DNA from: Octopus sinensis
Lineage: Eukaryota
Assembly (NCBI RefSeq): GCF_006345805.1
Contig: NW_021834159.1
Location: 1-50,931, forward strand
Reading direction: 5' to 3'
DNA length: 50,931 bases
Shown here: piece after piece, positions 47,116 through 50,931 of the stretch
How positions within the stretch are numbered: position 1 is the first letter of the stretch
Layout of the letters: each line of letters begins with the position of its first letter
The notes under the pieces: generated by a model
Told to the model about the DNA's origin: nothing
Database searches by the model: none
The model's input: the letters and a program-made list of their open reading frames with translations, nothing else
Position numbers and translations under genes: made by a program

Positions 47116-47312
47116 AGGGCGGCTCTTAAGCTAGTATATAGCTTTTAAGCAACTAACCCTGAACGGGAAGATCTGCAAACAGATCTCTGACTTGTTTTGG
47201 AGAATTGGTTGCAATTGCTTCCTCCTGAGTCATATCCCCCAATGATGATCATATTCATTGCAATAACTCGAGCAAAAAAAAAAAATAAATAAAAAATAAA
47301 GAAAGAAAAAGG

Positions 47313-47598
47313 AAAATCGCCCGAAACAATCGCAGTCATAAAAACATTGGAATCCAAAATTCCAGGATTTCAGGTGTACGTATTTGGCCCGGAATGTTTT
47401 TAATTTACTCACGGAGCTAGCCTTTAGATTACAAAAATCGTTATCGTACAAAAAAAAAAAAAAAAACTTGTCGCAAAAATTGACTTTAAAAAGTCACCGA
47501 AAACAATCACAGTTACGAAAACTTGAGTATTCGAAATTTCAGGATTGTGGGTCCAAGATTCGGCCCGGAAAGTTTTTAATTTACTCATAGAGTCACCC
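47313..47598. repeat. Imperfect about 110-bp direct repeat, period 176 bp
   Basis: ggcccggaa.gtttttaatttactca at 47386 and 47562; aaacaatc.cagt.a.. and aaatt.cagga blocks are also paired. Confidence 0.75.
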
Positions 47599-47720
47599 TG
47601 ATTCTAAAATGGTATGATATGTTGGGCTACGACCACTAGGAGTAAAGTTGAAAAAGTGTGACACACTGATACACTGACACTCACATTTATTACATTATAT
47701 TATTATTATATTAACTTAAC

Positions 47721-48108
47721 GCGACGAGTTGGCAGAATCGTTTGGACGCTGGGCGAAAGGCTTACCGGTATTTCATCTGCCATTACGTTCTGCGTTCTAA
47801 TTCCGCCGAGGTCGACTTTGCCTTTCATCCTTTCGGGGTCGAAAAATTAAGTACCAATTACACACTGGGGTCGATGTGATCGACTTAATCCCTTTGTCCT
47901 TGTTTGTCCCCTCTACGTTTACCCCCTTGTGGACAATAAAGAAATAAGAATCTTTAGCGGCCGTAAGGTTTAGAGTTCGAATTCCGCCGAGGTCGACTTT
48001 GCTTTTCATCTTTTCGGGGTTGATAAAATTAGTACCAATTACGTACTGTGGTCAATATAATCGACTTAATCCCTTCCCCAAACAGGCTTAGTGCTTCTAG
48101 TAGAAAGT
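47721..48108 (+). mobile_element. Family B SINE dimer
   Basis: gcgacgagttggcagaatcg head; second core after aaagaaataagaa. Confidence 0.85.
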
Positions 48109-48620
48109 ATTTATTAATGTTGAAAATGTGTGACACGTTCACATTTAGTATACTAGCTATGTTTAATTTTGGGGAAACTTTATTTCAATTAAAGTGTGTG
48201 TGTATGTATATATATTTGTATTAAAGAAAGCAAAAAATAAAACAAAATTATAGTTCCCACTGCCACCATCAACACTACTTCTTTTATAAAACATTATCAG
48301 CTCTCCATAAATTTCTTTGTCTCTTTTTCTCTCCCTCGCTTTCTCTCTCTGTCTGTCTTCACTACCGCCCTCACCATCTCTATGCCTATTATTACTCTCA
48401 CCCCATCATGAAGAATTGTAGGAGTGTCATTGAATTGTGAGAGAAGGGAGTTCTAAGTGTGACACACTGACACACAGAAATTAGATTTCGCATGTGGGTG
48501 GAAAGTAACTGAGCATTAGAAATTGCTTATAGGATTTTTAGCATCACTGAAGTCATGACGAAAACATTGATGGGGTTTCTTATTTTCTTATTGTCTCGTT
48601 TCTTATTTCTTCTACTCCCG

Positions 48621-50109
48621 ATAGCCAGTCGCTTAACTGTTCAGGTGCGAGCTAAGATAACAGCACGCTATGAAGCGTGGAATTCCATTGTTTTGGTTCA
48701 GAGATGGTCGCGTGCATGGAAAGGTAATCGTGCAACACTACATCCGCAGACAATAAAAAGTTGTCATGCAAAGCTGATGACCACGGGCTCTGTTGATCCA
48801 TGCAAGAAGTGGCTGGCTGTCCAACCACATCCCGATCAGCGGAGAACGTGGCAACAGTGCTGGAAATGCTTAATCGCAGCCCGCAAAAATCAACACGTCA
48901 AGCAGCTCGGGTAAGTGGACTAACAAGACACACAATACGTACGGTGTTGCATAAGGAATTGAATTTTCGTCTGTGGAAATCCCATTACGTGCAGGAGCTA
49001 AAACCTGAAGACTGTGACCGCAGTTCACAGGGCCAAAATGTACAGATCTCACTCCATGTGATTTTTACCTGTGGGTTACACAAAAGACTGTGACCACAGT
49101 TCACAGGGCCAAAATGTACAGATCTCACTCCATGTGATTTTTACCTGTGGGTTACACAAAAGACTGTGACCACAGTTCACAGGGCCAAAATGTACAGATT
49201 TCACTCCATGTGATTTTTACCTGTGGGTTACACAAAAGACTGACCACAGTTCACAGGGCCAAAATGTACAGATCTCACTCCATGTGATTTTTACCTGTGG
49301 GTTACACAAAAGACTGTGACCACAGTTCACAGGGCCAAAATATACAGATCTCACTCCATGTGATTTTTGCCTGTGGTTTACACAAAAGACTGTGACCACA
49401 GTTCACAGGGCCAAAATGTACAGATCTCACTCCATGTGATTTTTACCTTTGGGTTACACAAAAGACTGTGACCACAGTTCACAGGGTCAAAATGTACAGA
49501 TCTCACTCCATGTGATTTCTACCTGTGGATTACACAAAAGACTGTGACCACAGTTCACAGGGCCAAAATGTACAGATCTCACTCCATGTGATTTCTACCT
49601 GTGGGTTACACAAAAGACTGTGACCACAGTTCACAGGGCCAAAATGTACAGATCTCACTCCATGTGATTTTTACCTGTGGTTTACACAAAAGACTGTGAC
49701 CACAGTTCACAGGGCCAAAATGTACAGATCTCACTCCATGTGATTTTTACCTGTGGGTTACACAAAAGACTGTGACCACAGTTCACAGGGCCAAAAAGTA
49801 CAGATCTCACTCCATGTGATTTTTACCTGTGGTTTACACAAAAGACTGTGACCGCAGTTCACAGGGCCAAAATGTACAGATCTCACTCCATGTGATTTCC
49901 ACCTGTGGGGTTACTCAAAAGAGGAGGTGTACAAGACAAAACCTCGCACACTGGAGGACTTGCAGACACGGATTCAGGAGGTTCTCAATGATATTCCAGA
50001 CGACGTCTTTCAGAAGATTGTTCATTCCATCCTTGGCAGTTTGAGGAAACTGGTTGACGCCACAGGTGCTTACGTTGAAATACGAAGATTCACTTTAGAA
50101 CAGTACTAA
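48621..50109 (+). pseudogene. Internally deleted Tc1/mariner transposase pseudogene
   Basis: ATA GCC AGT CGC (probable mutated start) RLTVQVRAKITARYEAWNSIVLVQRW...KLMTTGSVD, frameshift, GCPTTSRSAENVATVLEMLNRSPQKSTRQAARVSGLTRHTIRTVLHKELNFRLWKSHYVQELKPEDCDR (HTH region); C-terminus CGGYSKEEVYKTKPRTLEDLQTRIQEVLNDIP...GAYVE, stop at 50109. Confidence 0.9.
49008..49917 (+). repeat. 76-bp minisatellite, 12 units, inside the transposase
   Basis: Unit aagactgtgaccacagttcacagggccaaaatgtacagatctcactccatgtgatttttacctgtgggttacacaa. Starts at 49008, 49084, 49160, 49236 (74 bp), 49310, 49386, 49462, 49538, 49614, 49690, 49766 and 49842. Confidence 0.97.
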
Positions 50110-50237
50110 TCAAGTGAAGAACGAATATATAGTGCGTGTGTCTGTGACCACCCCGAAATACAACAATAACTGTTTCAACACACGGTCTCACATCTGGAAT
50201 CTTTCAACACAAATTCATAAACGTGTATATATTATTT

Positions 50238-50410
50238 TATTCTGTTACTTGTTTCAGTCATATGACTGCGGCCATGATGGAGCACCGCCTTTAGTCGAAC
50301 TAATCGACCCCAGGACTAATTCTTTGTAAGCCTAGTACTTATTCTATCGTCTTTTTTGCCGAACCGCTAAGTTACGGGGACATAAAGCCTGTTACCACAC
50401 AGCCACACCT
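50238..50410 (-). mobile_element. Family D SINE, internally deleted
   Basis: Tail gttacttgtttcagtc...aagttacggggacataa joined directly to the head ttaccacacagccacacc. Confidence 0.8.
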
Positions 50411-50614
50411 ATATATAAAGGATAGAAAGACATAGGCATGACTGTGTTGTTAAGAAGTTCTATGCATAACCACATCGTTCCATGTTCGATCCATTTACCG
50501 ATATTTTCGACAGATGTTTTCTAATTATCTTTTCTGTTATAGTCACGCGGCCTGGAATTTTATGGGGATGGGAAATAAGCAATTTCATTGCTCCTAGCCC
50601 TCAACTAGTAATTA

Positions 50615-50742
50615 TCTCACCTACCCAAAAGGATGAAAGGCAAAGTCAAACTTGGCAGTATTTGAACGCGGAACGTAAAGACTTGCAAAATAACGCTAAG
50701 CATTTTCCCCGACGTGCTAACGATTCTGCCATCTCGCCACAT
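50615..50742 (-). mobile_element. Degraded family B SINE
   Basis: aaaggatgaaaggcaaagtc...gtgctaacgattctgcc. Confidence 0.72.
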
Positions 50743-50821
50743 TAAGAATATTTTCTAATTATAGATTCGCGTTGACGAAACCTGAGATAGAAATCACCAG
50801 GTGGAAACTGTTCAAAAGTCT

Positions 50822-50822
<1 letters not shown>

Positions 50823-50883
<61 letters not shown>

Positions 50884-50931
50884 CATCATCCATCCTTCTA
50901 CCCTCCGTCCGTCCCGTCCGTCCATCCACCC
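50823..50931. repeat. (TCTA)n grading into (TCCA/TCCG)n
   Basis: Direct reading; runs to the window end. Confidence 0.92.

Noticed and set aside
49008-49917. Resemblance of the 76-bp array to a CRISPR array
   Set aside because: Units are contiguous and near-identical with no unique spacers, there are no cas genes, the context is eukaryotic, and the unit derives from the flanking transposase.
50140-50153. ctgtgaccaccccg as the right TIR of the 48.6-kb mariner
   Set aside because: No matching inverted sequence was found upstream of the transposase and no flanking TA is present, so the element ends are left undefined.

Overview
AT-rich eukaryotic, repeat-dominated DNA. No complete protein-coding gene, rRNA, functional tRNA or CRISPR array could be supported. 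The repeat inventory (several tRNA-headed SINE families, a Dong/R4-type LINE fossil, Tc1/mariner fossils, Helitron-type elements, dense microsatellites) resembles what I know of Octopus genomes; the species call is an inference, not a database result. Most ORFs in the supplied track are artefacts of microsatellites or SINE antisense frames. Best observations: (1) a Tc1/mariner transposase fossil (48621-50109) whose central catalytic region is deleted and replaced by a homogeneous 12 x 76-bp minisatellite built from its own DLTPCDFYLWG motif; (2) three related GGATCT-ended TIR elements carrying telomere-like repeats (8-bp TSDs at two of them), one a near-complete foldback; (3) SINE multimers with a fixed internal junction, a TSD-bounded chimeric SINE, and an eight-unit same-strand SINE pile; (4) repeat-free islands with regulatory-looking motifs (E2F/CHR/CCAAT at 6.65-6.82 kb, a TAATCC cluster at 33.2-33.7 kb, ETS plus splice signals at 39.6-40.0 kb) and one candidate acidic terminal exon (12795-12896, minus). 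SINE family letters A-D are my own labels. All alignments and translations were done by eye; boundaries without TSDs are approximate.
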